A DNA stretch of 62,041 bases, the filler included. It is 6 parts of 6 records of this genome, joined end to end, with 100 filler letters (N's around TTAATTAATTAA, not from the genome) between each part and the next. Parts side by side here need not be neighbours in the genome. Positions count along the whole stretch, not along the records: positions 41,865 to 62,041 come from DRR723986_2432; 5 more parts are not named here. One strand, 5' to 3'. The position numbers and the translations under genes were made by a program. Shown here piece by piece: positions 41,865 through 52,851 of this stretch; the stretch's first letter is position 1; every line of letters begins with the position of its first letter. The notes under the pieces were generated by a model. That model saw only the letters and a list, made by a program, of their open reading frames with translations, was not told the origin of the DNA and ran no database searches.

Positions 41865-42990
41865 AATGAATACCCGCCTGCAGGTAGAACACCCGGTCAC
41901 CGAAATGGTAACCGGCCAGGATCTGGTGGAATGGCAACTGAAAGTGGCCTGGGGTGAGCCCCTGCCGCTGACCCAGGACCAGGTAAAGACCCGTGGCCAC
42001 GCCATCGAGGCGCGTATCTACGCCGAAGATCCGGATCAGGACTTCCTGCCAGCCACCGGAACCCTACGTTACCTGAGCACTCCGGATGAGTCTGCCCACG
42101 TGCGGGTAGATACCGGCGTGACCGAAGGCGATGAAATCAGCATCCACTACGACCCGATGATCGCCAAACTCATCGTGTGGGACGAAACCCGCGAACAGGC
42201 GGTCAACCGCATGGTTCAGGCCCTGGAGCACTACCGTATCGCCGGGCTGAAAACCAATATCCGGTTCCTGCACGCGGCGGTGGATGCGCAGCCATTCCGC
42301 GAAGCCGAACTGACCACCAACTTCATTGCCACTCACAACGACCTGCTGTTCCCGAAATCCAGACTGGATCTGGACAAGGCACTGGTGCTTGCCGCTGGGT
42401 TCATCCTGGAGCAGCGCAAATCAGCGGAACCGGTCACCGGCGATCCCTGGTCGCCGTTCGGCCGCAAGAACAGCTGGCGCATGAACTCCGAATACGCCCA
42501 GCCTCTCACCCTTCAGGTGGGCGACGATAAACACGAGCTCAAGATCCTGGAACGGGATGACCGCTACCAGGTGTTCGTGGGCGGCAGCGTGTACCACCTG
42601 AACGCCAAACTGAATGACGATTACCTGCAGGCGGTCATCAACGGCCACCGGCTAAGCGTGCACGGCAACCTGCACAACGAAGAACTGGTGCTCTTCTACG
42701 AGGGCGATACCTTCAAGTGCACCGTATACCGGGAAACCTACGGGTTTGAGGAACTGGCCAGCGAAGGCAGCCTGGCGGCGCCCATGAACGGCTCCGTAGT
42801 GGCGATTCAGGCCCAGGTAGGCGACAAGGTAACGGCCGGCCAGACGCTGGTGATCATGGAAGCCATGAAAATGGAACACGCCATCAAGGCACCCGCCGAT
42901 GGTGTGGTTTCCGAGATTTTCTACGCCGAGGGTGACCAGGTGGCCGAGGGTGCGGAACTCATCGCCATCGACACCGGGGAGGCAGAATAA
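41865..42990 (+). CDS. liuD: Methylcrotonyl-CoA carboxylase alpha subunit (5' end cut by contig start)
   Basis: [20 protein letters not shown], biotin motif EAMKM; next to HMG-CoA lyase. Confidence 0.9.
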
Positions 42991-43898
42991 TGGCCTTTCC
43001 GAAGCAGGCTCGGTTGGTGGAAATGAGCCCCAGGGACGGGCTCCAGAATGAGCCCGGCGATGTGATCGCCACCGGGGTCAAAACCGGCCTGATCGACCGG
43101 CTGGCCGATTGCGGTCTCAGCCACATCGAGGCCGCCAGCTTCGTATCACCCAAATGGGTGCCGCAAATGGGCGACGCGGCCGCAGTGATGGCCGGCATCA
43201 CCCGTAAACCCGGCGTTCGCTACTCGGCCCTCACCCCGAACCTGAAAGGGTTCGAGGGCGCCCTGGCGGCCGGGGCCGACGAAGTGGCGGTATTCGGTGC
43301 AGCATCGGAGTCCTTCACCCAAAAGAACATCAACTGCACGATTGCTGAAAGCCTGGAGCGCTTTGCACCGGTGGTTGAAGAAGCCCGCAAACACGGCATT
43401 CCCGTGCGCGGTTACGTGTCTACCGTGATGGGCTGCCCGTACGAAGGCGATATCCAACCGGCACAAGTGGCCTCCGTGGCCAAGGCCCTGTACGACATGG
43501 GCTGCCACGAAATTTCCCTGGGCGACACCATCGGCGTGGGTACGCCACTGAAAGCCAAGCGCATGCTCGAAGCCGTGGCTGCCCATGTGCCCATGGACAA
43601 ACTGGCGGCGCATTTCCACGACACCTATGGCCAGGCCCTGGCCAACCTGTACGCAGTACTGGAAGAGGGCGTAAGCGTGATTGACGCCTCTGTGGCCGGT
43701 CTGGGCGGCTGCCCTTATGCCAAAGGGGCATCTGGCAACGTAGCCACCGAAGACGTGCTATACCTGCTTAACGGCCTGGGCATCGATACCGGCGTGGATC
43801 TGAACAAGCTGGTGAAAACCGGCGACTGGATCTGCGCGCAACTGAAACGTCATAACGGCTCTAAAGTGGGCCAGGCACTCGGGGGCCTGTGCCAGTAA
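42990..43898 (+). CDS. liuE: Hydroxymethylglutaryl-CoA lyase
   Basis: [29 protein letters not shown]. Confidence 0.96.
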   Translation: MAFPKQARLVEMSPRDGLQNEPGDVIATGVKTGLIDRLADCGLSHIEAASFVSPKWVPQMGDAAAVMAGITRKPGVRYSALTPNLKGFEGALAAGADEVAVFGAASESFTQKNINCTIAESLERFAPVVEEARKHGIPVRGYVSTVMGCPYEGDIQPAQVASVAKALYDMGCHEISLGDTIGVGTPLKAKRMLEAVAAHVPMDKLAAHFHDTYGQALANLYAVLEEGVSVIDASVAGLGGCPYAKGASGNVATEDVLYLLNGLGIDTGVDLNKLVKTGDWICAQLKRHNGSKVGQALGGLCQ

Positions 43899-43938
43899 CT
43901 TTCCAGCCCTCAACTACAAAAACAATGGAGGCAGAGAC

Positions 43939-45627
43939 ATGAGCAAGACTCTCCCAAGTTACACCAGTGGTATCGCAGAAAAGCCACTGCTGGGCATGAC
44001 CATCGGCGATATGCTGGACCGCACCGCCCAACAGTTTCCCGACAACGAGGCTCTGGTGTGCCTGCACCAGGACATTCGCTGGACTTACAAAGAGTTCGTC
44101 GACAAGGTGAACGAGGCGGCCCGGGCGTTCATGGCCATCGGCGTCAAGCGTGGCGACCGCGTGGGCATCTGGTCACCCAACCGTTACGAATGGACCGTTA
44201 CCCAGTTTGCGACCGCGAAAGTGGGCGCCATTCTGGTAAACATCAACCCGGCCTACGGTGTGCACGAGCTGAAGTACGCCATGAATCTGGCCGGCATCAG
44301 CGTTCTGGTTACCGCCGACAGCTTCAAAACCTCCAACTACCGGGAAATGATCTACGAGCTGGCCCCGGAACTGAAGCGCAGCGCACCCGGTAAACTCAAA
44401 GCTGACAACGTCCCCGATCTCCGGGCGGTCATTAACGTACACCCGGATAACCACGAGGGTATGTGGACCTGGCAGGATTTCCTGGGCTTTGCCGGCGACG
44501 TATCAGAGGCGGACCTTGCCAAGCGTCAGGATGAGCTGCAGTTCGACGACCCCATCAATATCCAGTTCACCTCCGGTACCACCGGCAACCCGAAAGGCGC
44601 CACGCTCACCCACCACAACATTCTGAACAACGGCTATTTTGTTGGTGAAAGCCAGCGCCTGACCGAGAACGACCGGCTGGTGATTCCTGTGCCGCTCTAC
44701 CATTGCTTCGGCATGGTGATGGGCAACCTGGGCTGCATCACCCATGGCACCGCCATGATCTACCCGAGCGAAGGCTTTGACCCGAAAACCGTACTCCAGG
44801 CCGTCCACCAGGAAAAAGCCACGGCCTTGTACGGTGTGCCCACCATGTTCATCGCCGAACTGGCCGACCCGGAGTTCGATAGCTACGACCTCTCCACCCT
44901 GCGCACCGGCATCATGGCGGGTTCCATCTGCCCCGCCGAAGTCATGAAGAAGGTCAACGGCAAAATGCACATGAAGGAAGTGCAGATTGCCTACGGCATG
45001 ACGGAAACCAGCCCGGTTTCCACCCAGACCAGTTCCCTCGACCCGTTCGAGAAGCAGGTCACTACCGTAGGCCGCACCCAGCCGCACTTGGAAACCAAGA
45101 TTGTCGACCCGGGCACCGGCAACGTCATGCCCCGAGGTGAGATTGGCGAACTGTGTACCCGCGGCTACAGCGTGATGCTGAAGTACTGGAACAACGAGGA
45201 AAAGACCCGCGAAGCCATCGACGATGCCGGCTGGATGCACACCGGCGACCTGGCGACCATGGACGAGGATGGTTACATCCAGATCGTGGGCCGCATCAAG
45301 GACATGGTGATCCGCGGTGGTGAAAACATCTACCCGAAAGAGATCGAAGAGTTCCTCTACACCCACCCAGCCATTGAAGAGGTGCAGGTAACCGGTATTC
45401 CGGACGAGAAGTACGGTGAAGAGCTGATTGCCTGGGTGAAACTGCGGCCCGATGCAGACCCGGTAACCGCGGAGGACCTGCAGGCCTTCTGCAAGGGCAA
45501 GATTGCCCACTTCAAGATTCCCAAAAACTACAAGTTTGTGGATGCATTCCCAATGACCGTGACCGGGAAGATCCAGAAGTTCAAGATGCGGGAAATCTCG
45601 ATTGAGGAAATGGGACTGAAGCAATAA
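43939..45627 (+). CDS. AMP-binding acyl-CoA synthetase
   Basis: [34 protein letters not shown]. Confidence 0.95.
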   Translation: MSKTLPSYTSGIAEKPLLGMTIGDMLDRTAQQFPDNEALVCLHQDIRWTYKEFVDKVNEAARAFMAIGVKRGDRVGIWSPNRYEWTVTQFATAKVGAILVNINPAYGVHELKYAMNLAGISVLVTADSFKTSNYREMIYELAPELKRSAPGKLKADNVPDLRAVINVHPDNHEGMWTWQDFLGFAGDVSEADLAKRQDELQFDDPINIQFTSGTTGNPKGATLTHHNILNNGYFVGESQRLTENDRLVIPVPLYHCFGMVMGNLGCITHGTAMIYPSEGFDPKTVLQAVHQEKATALYGVPTMFIAELADPEFDSYDLSTLRTGIMAGSICPAEVMKKVNGKMHMKEVQIAYGMTETSPVSTQTSSLDPFEKQVTTVGRTQPHLETKIVDPGTGNVMPRGEIGELCTRGYSVMLKYWNNEEKTREAIDDAGWMHTGDLATMDEDGYIQIVGRIKDMVIRGGENIYPKEIEEFLYTHPAIEEVQVTGIPDEKYGEELIAWVKLRPDADPVTAEDLQAFCKGKIAHFKIPKNYKFVDAFPMTVTGKIQKFKMREISIEEMGLKQ

Positions 45628-45648
45628 TCGAATACCGCCCAACCCCAG

Positions 45649-45672
45649 GAAACCCGGCCACGGCCGGGTTTC
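45649..45672. terminator. Hairpin between convergent genes
   Basis: GAAACCCGGC-CACG-GCCGGGTTTC. Confidence 0.75.
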
Positions 45673-45687
45673 TGCTATCAGTGAAAC

Positions 45688-46953
45688 CTAATGCTTGCTC
45701 ATACGCTTGTACCGGTAGGGCTCACCCTCTTCATTCTGCAGTTGATAATCGTAGGCAGCCTGGAGCCCGGTTTCGTCTTCCGTCTCGTCCTCCGGTTCCT
45801 GCTCCAGATAGCGCGGGTATAGAGGTGAAAACATGGCCACGACAATGCCAATAGCGCAGAAGAACCCAAAGGCATCGGCATAGCCCACCTGCCCCACCAG
45901 CATACCGACCACAGGCGAGCCCGCTGCCTGTCCCAGAGACACCGCCATGAATGGCAGCACCGGCCCCATGGACAGCCGCCCCGGCAACAAACGAATCCCT
46001 GTCATCAGGTACAGCCCGGTCAGACTCATATAGGCCAGCCCGAACACCAGGGCTGAAAACCCTGCCAGCGGCAGGTTGTCTGGACTGGCAGCCAACAGAG
46101 CCAGGCTCGCCGCAAGCATCATCAACATCAATGCCTGGGTGATCGGCGGGTTATTGCGGTCTGCCAGATCGGCAACCACAGCACCACCCAGGCCAGCAAC
46201 CCCAACCCCCAGCCACAGCCAGGCGGTGGAATCGGAACTCATTTCACCCAGGTTCACCACCAGGTCGGGCGCGAAAATCCAGTAGGCCGCCGAGACAAAA
46301 CCCATCATGAAGCCAAAGATCGAGAGCCGTAACAGGCGCCACCACTGCAAGGCCGTGATCGCCGGCGGTGGCGCTGCGTTAGATGGCATCACCCGTGAAA
46401 CCGAAGGCAGGAAAAACCAGGTGGCAAACACCCCGATCAGGGCAAGAACGGCAAAAGACGCGTAGGTATAGCGCCAGGCCCCGGCCAGAAAAAGAACCGT
46501 GGGCACCGCGACCATCACACCCACGCTGGTGCCAGCATTCATCACCGAGCTGACCCGGCCATGCATCGAGCGCCGAACCAGTGCCTGCATGGCCGCTGTC
46601 AGGGCAGGCATCATCAGGCCCGTGCAGATACCACAGGCAAATACGCCCAGCCCCAGTGACAGGGCACCGGCCGACTGACTGATCAAAGCCAGTCCGACTA
46701 CCCCAAAAACGCCGGAGGCCATCGCCGTATTCCGGGCGCCGAGACGGTCGGCACACCAGGGCGCCACCACCGACGCCAGGGCAAAGCTGATCAGAGGGAG
46801 TGCACCGATGATACCGATCACATGGGGCGACAAAGACAGATCCGCACGAATGGGCGGAACAAACAGACCGAAGGCGAAGCGCGCAAGGCCGAAGCTGATC
46901 GCAATCAACCCCGCGCCCAGGAGCGCGAACGCTGTGCTGGAGGGAAACTTCAT
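45688..46953 (-). CDS. MFS transporter (YbfB/YjiJ-like)
   Basis: About 12 TM, FGLARFAFGLF, ADRLGAR; acidic C-terminal tail. Confidence 0.9.
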   Translation of the reverse strand: MKFPSSTAFALLGAGLIAISFGLARFAFGLFVPPIRADLSLSPHVIGIIGALPLISFALASVVAPWCADRLGARNTAMASGVFGVVGLALISQSAGALSLGLGVFACGICTGLMMPALTAAMQALVRRSMHGRVSSVMNAGTSVGVMVAVPTVLFLAGAWRYTYASFAVLALIGVFATWFFLPSVSRVMPSNAAPPPAITALQWWRLLRLSIFGFMMGFVSAAYWIFAPDLVVNLGEMSSDSTAWLWLGVGVAGLGGAVVADLADRNNPPITQALMLMMLAASLALLAASPDNLPLAGFSALVFGLAYMSLTGLYLMTGIRLLPGRLSMGPVLPFMAVSLGQAAGSPVVGMLVGQVGYADAFGFFCAIGIVVAMFSPLYPRYLEQEPEDETEDETGLQAAYDYQLQNEEGEPYRYKRMSKH

Positions 46954-47049
46954 ATCGGTCTGCCCTGCTCGCTGTCCATAGCGGTCAGCGTAGTCAGCAA
47001 AACCACCAGCATCAAGCCGGTCGCCGGAATCCCACCGCTCAGCCAGTCG

Positions 47050-47083
47050 TCGTCACACAACCGTAACACGCCTGAAGCACAAT
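47050..47083 (+). promoter_or_regulatory. Pho box plus -10 of the HAD gene
   Basis: TCGTCAC-acaa-CCGTAAC, 10 nt, CACAAT. Confidence 0.7.
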
Positions 47084-47084
47084 C

Positions 47085-47096
47085 TGGTGTATACCA
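47085..47096. promoter_or_regulatory. Putative PhnR (GntR/HutC-type) operator
   Basis: TGGTGTATACCA. Confidence 0.8.
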
Positions 47097-47108
47097 AAGG
47101 AGTTAACA

Positions 47109-47771
47109 ATGCTAGCCATTTTTGATCTGGACGAGACCCTGATTCAGGGGGACAGCTCTCAATTGTTCACCGAGTTCCTTCGGGCACAGGAGATCGAGCG
47201 CACTGACGATGCCCTCGATAAAGACCGGGATTTCATGTCGGACTACCGACAAGGCCGGCTGAACCTTCAGGCGTATATGGAATTCAGCCTGGCACCGCTG
47301 CAGGGCTGGCACCGGGAGCAACTCAACACCCTCGTCAGCCGGTTTATTGATCGTGTCATTGCGTCACGGGTGTTACCGACCGGCCGCGAGCGTGTTGCGT
47401 GGCATAAGGCCCAGGGGCACCGGGTGTTGATCATATCGGCTACCGGCGAACATCTGGTCAAACCCATTGCCCAGCATCTGGGCATTGAGGAAGGCATCGG
47501 CGTGGAAGTGGAATGGCGCGACGGAAGCCTGACCGGACAGATCGGGCCAAGGCGCCCCTTCCAGGAAGGTAAGGTGGCCGCCCTGCGCGAATGGCTGGGG
47601 AGGGACCAGGTAACACCGGAAAAGACTTGGTTCTATTCCGACTCGCATAACGATCTGCCGCTACTGGAACGAGTTGATTTCCCTGTTGCGGTCAACCCGG
47701 ACCCCAGGCTGAGACAACACGCCCAGAAACACGGCTGGCAGATCCTGACAGATTCTGCGACCCTGCCATGA
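47109..47771 (+). CDS. HAD-IB family hydrolase
   Basis: FDLDETL, ISAT, GK, YSDSHNDLPLL motifs. Confidence 0.92.
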   Translation: MLAIFDLDETLIQGDSSQLFTEFLRAQEIERTDDALDKDRDFMSDYRQGRLNLQAYMEFSLAPLQGWHREQLNTLVSRFIDRVIASRVLPTGRERVAWHKAQGHRVLIISATGEHLVKPIAQHLGIEEGIGVEVEWRDGSLTGQIGPRRPFQEGKVAALREWLGRDQVTPEKTWFYSDSHNDLPLLERVDFPVAVNPDPRLRQHAQKHGWQILTDSATLP

Positions 47772-47846
47772 TGCTACGACACCTGGCAATAGCCCGGGCA
47801 TGTCTTGCGGCGCCAGCGATCGTGCCGGCCGCCGCCCCTTCCCCGG

Positions 47847-48752
47847 TTATCCCAAAACCACAAGCAGCAAGCCGGCCAGTATGGTCAGAACCCCCACGAC
47901 CTTCGGCCCATGCAAGGCCTCGCCCAGGAAATACCAGCCCAGGGCTACGCCCATGGGAATACTGATTTGCCGGAACGCGACAACGTAACTCACATCGTCC
48001 GCATAGGCCATAGCCCAAACCACCAACGCGTAGGTGCCCAGAATCAGGATGCCAGCCGCCATGGTGCTGCGCCAATTTGCGGCCAGCTTCCTCAACAGTC
48101 GTCGCTCTTCGGATTGTAACCACAGACCAAGACTGAGCCAGCACAGCGCCGACCAGGCCTGGAGAATCACGAACACGAGTGCCACCTCGGCGTCCTGCGC
48201 CAGTCCCGCCAATAGCGCCCGCATCCGCTCGGTGGCCAGATCATCAACCATGGAGTAACCGGCCGTGCTGGCTGCGGCCAACAGCGCAAACAACGTGGCC
48301 AGGTTACGGTAGTTCGCCAGCGTGAAGTCGCGGAATCTCTGCATTGGCAGAACAATACAGCCAGCCACAATCAGACTGATCCCTATAACCGCAGCAGTGG
48401 TGATTGCCTCCGCGGTGCCAAGGAACAACGTGCCCACTAACAGGATGATCAGCGGCGAAGAACGGGCCAGCGGGTAAACCACCGACAATTCCCCGTGTCG
48501 GTATGCTGCCGCCAGACTGCTCAGGTAGGTAGCCTGAAAGAAACCGGTCGCGACCACCAGCCACCAGATCCCTGCGTCCAGTTCCGGCAACATCCGGTGG
48601 TAATACAGTAAGACTGGCAATGTCAGAAAGGCGCCCCAGAAGGTGCTATACCAGAAGAAAGCACCAGTGGGACTGACTTTTTTGCCAAACAGGTTCCAAC
48701 CCGCATGGGCCAGCGCCGACACCAGTACAATAACAATCGCGGTTGGTGTCAT
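47847..48752 (-). CDS. EamA/DMT family transporter
   Basis: About 10 TM, HAGWN, LSVVYPLAR, VVAFRQ.SI; starts 19 nt after the ABC permease stop. Confidence 0.9.
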   Translation of the reverse strand: MTPTAIVIVLVSALAHAGWNLFGKKVSPTGAFFWYSTFWGAFLTLPVLLYYHRMLPELDAGIWWLVVATGFFQATYLSSLAAAYRHGELSVVYPLARSSPLIILLVGTLFLGTAEAITTAAVIGISLIVAGCIVLPMQRFRDFTLANYRNLATLFALLAAASTAGYSMVDDLATERMRALLAGLAQDAEVALVFVILQAWSALCWLSLGLWLQSEERRLLRKLAANWRSTMAAGILILGTYALVVWAMAYADDVSYVVAFRQISIPMGVALGWYFLGEALHGPKVVGVLTILAGLLLVVLG

Positions 48753-48771
48753 AGGATCACTGCCGGGCCGT

Positions 48772-50502
48772 TCATTCGGTGCCCTGGCGCCAGGCCCGCG
48801 TAGACCGATCCACCCAGAAGCGCAGGCCACCCTGAATGAGCTTCGCGGCAGCACAAGTGGTGGTTATCAGGATCGCCATGGCGGCGGCGGGCGCAATGTC
48901 TCCCGCTTCATCCATGTTCAGTACCGCGACAGAGGCGAGTTGTGAATCGTGACCGTACAGGAAGACCACCGCAGACACCGTGGTCATGGCGTTAACGAAA
49001 AGGTAGAGCGCAACGTCAAGAATCGCCGGCAGACACAAGGGCAAGGTCACGGTGAACAGGACCCGCCAGCGAGACGCTTTCAGGGACTCGCCCACCGCTT
49101 CGAACTCCTGATCAAGCTGCTTTAACGCCGTTACCGCCGTCAGGTGGGACACCGCGTAAAAATGGCTCACGGTACACAGAATCAGAATAAACAGCGTGCC
49201 GTAGATCCCGTTAATCGGGTTATCCGGATGATTAAAGAAGAAAATATACGACAACCCAAGCACCAGGCCAGGTACCGCCAGCGGCAACAGCGACAGGAAC
49301 TGAAAAACACCGGTCAGCAGCCTCGGCTGGGGTGTGCGCTCCATCAGCCAGGCGTTGAAGAAAACCAGCAGTGTCCCGATTACCATGGTGCCCAGGGCCA
49401 TTTGCAGGCTATTGGTATAGGCGCCCCAGCCACCCCCGTCCATACGGCCGAACTGATAGTTGTTCAGGCTCAGTTCCAGATTGTACGGCCAGAAAGTCAC
49501 GAACGAGGCGTAGACAGCCATACCGATAATGGCCAGGATGAACAGGATCGTCGGCGCCAGCATAACAGCACCGATGACATCCCTCCTGTGGTCCCGGCGC
49601 GGCCGGTAAGGAACCGAACGCGCGGTAAAGCTTGCCGATTGCTTGCGCTGCACATAGCGGTCGGCCAGAAAGGCCAGCATGGCGGGCAGCAAAAGCAGCA
49701 CGCTGACGACGGCCCCCATTTCAAATTTCTGTTGCCCGATCACCTGTTTGTAGATGTCGGTAGCCAACACGTCGAATTGCCCGCCAATCACCTTGGGCAC
49801 CCCGAAGTCAGTGATCACCAGAGTGAAAACCACAAACGCGGCACTGACCAGTCCATAACGGGCACCTGGCACCGTCACGGTCCAGAAGGTGCGCCAGGGG
49901 CTCGCCTTCAACGCGGTTGCGGCCTCATAGTGCCGACCATCGGCATTGTCCATTGCCGTCAGCAGAATCATCAGTGCATGGGGAAACGTCCAGAAACAGG
50001 ACCCCATGATAATACCGATGGGGCCGTAGATTTCGGCACCGAACAACCAGCTTTTCAGGACACCCTGATTCCCGAACAGATACACCAGGCTGATCGCTGG
50101 CAACAGAGAGGGCGCCAGTATCGGCAGCACCAGAACCCCGCGGATCCAGCCGGTCATCGGCAGGCGAGTTCGTGTCAACGCCCAGGCCGCCATAAACGCC
50201 AGACCGACCACCACCAGGGTGCTCAGTCCCGCAACCCAGAGGGAGTTGAAAAACGCCGATTCGATGCCGCCGGAACTCAGATAATGGGCAAAGTTGTCGA
50301 GCCCGACAAAGTCACCGGCCTTGTTCTCCACACTCTTGGACAACAGGGTATAGAGCGGCGCCAGAACCAGAAGGCTCAAAACCGCGCAGCCGAGCACCAG
50401 CAGCAACGCAAACAGCCAGCGCCCGGTGACACGCTGCCGGAGTTCCGACAAGGCCCCGGCCCTGCGTGAGGGCGAGGTTAAAGGTACAGAGGAATCCATC
50501 AT
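48772..50502 (-). CDS. Putative 2-aminoethylphosphonate ABC transporter permease (two fused domains)
   Basis: APSLLPAISL, TDFGVPKVIGG, FVNAMTTVSAV; start could be 50532. Confidence 0.9.
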   Translation of the reverse strand: MMDSSVPLTSPSRRAGALSELRQRVTGRWLFALLLVLGCAVLSLLVLAPLYTLLSKSVENKAGDFVGLDNFAHYLSSGGIESAFFNSLWVAGLSTLVVVGLAFMAAWALTRTRLPMTGWIRGVLVLPILAPSLLPAISLVYLFGNQGVLKSWLFGAEIYGPIGIIMGSCFWTFPHALMILLTAMDNADGRHYEAATALKASPWRTFWTVTVPGARYGLVSAAFVVFTLVITDFGVPKVIGGQFDVLATDIYKQVIGQQKFEMGAVVSVLLLLPAMLAFLADRYVQRKQSASFTARSVPYRPRRDHRRDVIGAVMLAPTILFILAIIGMAVYASFVTFWPYNLELSLNNYQFGRMDGGGWGAYTNSLQMALGTMVIGTLLVFFNAWLMERTPQPRLLTGVFQFLSLLPLAVPGLVLGLSYIFFFNHPDNPINGIYGTLFILILCTVSHFYAVSHLTAVTALKQLDQEFEAVGESLKASRWRVLFTVTLPLCLPAILDVALYLFVNAMTTVSAVVFLYGHDSQLASVAVLNMDEAGDIAPAAAMAILITTTCAAAKLIQGGLRFWVDRSTRAWRQGTE

Positions 50503-50551
50503 GAAGGTCTTACCAGGGTGAAACGAGGGCATCGGGTTTTCGCGACCTCTT

Positions 50552-51622
50552 TCAGGCCGCGAAGCAATGCAAGGCATCAGACGGCAGGTTGAGACAGACT
50601 GCACCGCCCACCCGCAATTCCAGTTGTCGGGCAGAGCGCGGGTCTACGTCCACCACCAGGTCCAGTTCCACGCCATGCAGCCGGACGTGGGTGCGAATAA
50701 AGGCCCCCAGGTAATCCATCGCCTGGACCTGGCCTTCCCACTCACCGTCGCCCTGCGGCAGGAGATGAACATCCTCAGGCCGAATCGCCAGACGAATGCC
50801 GTCCGGCGTGGCCGGTAGCGGCCTGACCAGATCCAGCTCCCGATTGCCGAGGCGAACACGTTGCCCGTTCACTGGAGCGCTGTCGAAAAAGTTCATTGCC
50901 CCGATAAACGACGCCACAAACGCCGAAGCAGGCTGTTGGTAGATGTCCAGGGGTGTTCCCACCTGTTCAATCACCCCGTTATTCATAACCACCACTCGGT
51001 CTGCCATGGCCAGGGCTTCTTCCTGATCGTGGGTTACCATGATGGTGGTAACGCCCAGTTGCTTCTGCAGGCTGCGAATCTCGCTGCGAAGGTGGTGGCG
51101 AACTTTCGCATCCAGAGCTGAGAGTGGCTCATCGAGAAGCAGCAGGCCCGGGGATGGCGCCAAGGCTCGGGCAAGCGCCACCCGTTGCTGCTGGCCACCG
51201 GAAAGCTGCGCGGGATACTTGCGGGCGTGATCCTCCAGCCCGACCACGGCCAGAAGCTCGTCTACCCGATCACGAACCCGGGCCTTGGGCATACCGATGC
51301 TACGCAGTCCGTACGCCACATTGTCGGTTACCGTCATGTTCGGGAACAGCGCGTAGGACTGGAACACAATGCCGAAGTCACGATCCCGGGGCGGCTTTTG
51401 CGAGATATCGACATCGCCCTGTCGGAGCGTGCCGCAGCTCTGCTGTTCAAGCCCGGCAATAATGCGAAGCAGGGTCGTCTTGCCACATCCGGACGGCCCC
51501 AGAAAACACACCAGTTCACCGGGCTCAATGGTGAGATTGATATCCTTCAAGGCACAAAACTCGCCGAAGAACTTGTTTACGCCCCGGACTTCCAGACGAC
51601 TTCCCTGGGTATGCTGAATCAT
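50552..51622 (-). CDS. Putative 2-aminoethylphosphonate ABC transporter ATPase
   Basis: GPSGCGKT, LSGGQQQR, LLLDEP, C-terminal TOBE-like region. Confidence 0.92.
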   Translation of the reverse strand: MIQHTQGSRLEVRGVNKFFGEFCALKDINLTIEPGELVCFLGPSGCGKTTLLRIIAGLEQQSCGTLRQGDVDISQKPPRDRDFGIVFQSYALFPNMTVTDNVAYGLRSIGMPKARVRDRVDELLAVVGLEDHARKYPAQLSGGQQQRVALARALAPSPGLLLLDEPLSALDAKVRHHLRSEIRSLQKQLGVTTIMVTHDQEEALAMADRVVVMNNGVIEQVGTPLDIYQQPASAFVASFIGAMNFFDSAPVNGQRVRLGNRELDLVRPLPATPDGIRLAIRPEDVHLLPQGDGEWEGQVQAMDYLGAFIRTHVRLHGVELDLVVDVDPRSARQLELRVGGAVCLNLPSDALHCFAA

Positions 51623-51711
51623 GGTACCCCCTGCTTTTCTGATATCTGCCCGGGCACACCAGAACGGGTGCCCGGTCGCACAGGCCGGGGCTGGGCCCGG
51701 CTCCGAGCGGA

Positions 51712-52725
51712 TTACTTGGCTTCGGATTTGCCGTCGTAACGACGCGCCCACTCGGTCAGAATGGCTTCGCGATTACTGGCGGCCCAACCAAAATCGTTGT
51801 CGATAATCAGCGCTTCCGCGTTGGCGGGAAAATGTTCCACCGGCTGTGCCACACCTGGCATCGCTACAATGGCGTAGCCTTCGTTGTACATCTCCATGGC
51901 CTGACGGGTGATCGACCAGTCGACCAGAGTCTGGGCGGCTTCCAGTTTGTCGGTGCCGTCAACAATGGCGGTAGCTTCAACTTCCCAGCCCAGCCCTTCT
52001 TCCGGGAACACCAGCTCCAGAGGCGCGCCCTTCTCTTTCAGACGGGCACCACGGAAAGCGAAAGACACACCAATCGAGGTCTCACCCGAAGCAGCCATTT
52101 TGCAAGGCTTGGAGCCGGAGTGCGTATAGCGACTGATGTTCTGATGCAGGCCGTCCATGAACTCCCAGCCTTTGTCTTCGCCCATCAACTGGAGCCAGGC
52201 TGAAACGTCCAGAAAACCGGTTCCGGAAGAGTTCGGATTCGGCATCACAACATGGCCCCGATACACCGGCTTGGTCAGATCCTGCCAACTGGTGGGCATG
52301 GGCAAATTGTTCTTCTCAGCCTCGATGGTGTTGACGCATACCGCCGCCATCCAGGCATCCATGCCCACCCATGAGGGAGTCTCATCACGGTCACGGAACT
52401 TCGGCGACAACTTTTCCAGCCCTTCCGGCGCATAAGGCGTCAGCATGCCTTCGTTCTTCAGCAACAGCAGGCTGGTTCCCGCCAGCCCCCAAACGACATC
52501 CGCCTGCGGGTTTTCTTTCTCGGCCAGCAGTCGCGCGGTGATGACACCGGTAGAGTCGCGAACCCAGTTGATCTTGATGTCCGGGTGGTCTTCATTGAAT
52601 CGGGCGGCATACTTCTTGAGATCTTCCGCCTCAACCGCGGTGTACACGGTCAGTTCGGTCTGGGCGTTGGCGTTAACGGCCGCCATCAGGGCGGTCAGGG
52701 CCAGGGCTTTTTTCAGGTGTTTCAC
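51712..52725 (-). CDS. aepX: 2-aminoethylphosphonate ABC substrate-binding protein
   Basis: Signal peptide, LTVYTA, WVRDSTG, PNSSGTG, YTHSGSKPC; next to phnWX. Confidence 0.88.
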   Translation of the reverse strand: MKHLKKALALTALMAAVNANAQTELTVYTAVEAEDLKKYAARFNEDHPDIKINWVRDSTGVITARLLAEKENPQADVVWGLAGTSLLLLKNEGMLTPYAPEGLEKLSPKFRDRDETPSWVGMDAWMAAVCVNTIEAEKNNLPMPTSWQDLTKPVYRGHVVMPNPNSSGTGFLDVSAWLQLMGEDKGWEFMDGLHQNISRYTHSGSKPCKMAASGETSIGVSFAFRGARLKEKGAPLELVFPEEGLGWEVEATAIVDGTDKLEAAQTLVDWSITRQAMEMYNEGYAIVAMPGVAQPVEHFPANAEALIIDNDFGWAASNREAILTEWARRYDGKSEAK

Positions 52726-52764
52726 GCTACTCTCCTTTTACGGCATCAGTTCGGTTAGGCTTTC

Positions 52765-52776
52765 TGGTCTATACCA
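52765..52776. promoter_or_regulatory. Putative PhnR operator
   Basis: (TC)TGGTCTATACCA(GA). Confidence 0.85.
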
Positions 52777-52791
52777 GATTCGCTAACCACC

Positions 52792-52836
52792 ACCTTAGGG
52801 ACATTTGATTGCAAAGACGTGACAGCTCGATGACGT
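52792..52836 (-). promoter_or_regulatory. Pho box plus -10 of the aepX operon
   Basis: Minus strand ACGTCAT-cgag-CTGTCAC-gtct-TTGCAAT, 10 nt, TAAGGT. Confidence 0.8.
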
Positions 52837-52851
52837 TTCCTTGTCGGTCCC

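Noticed and set aside
51648-51676. Hairpin between aepX and the ATPase
   Set aside because: Ordinary intercistronic stem-loop typical after substrate-binding protein genes
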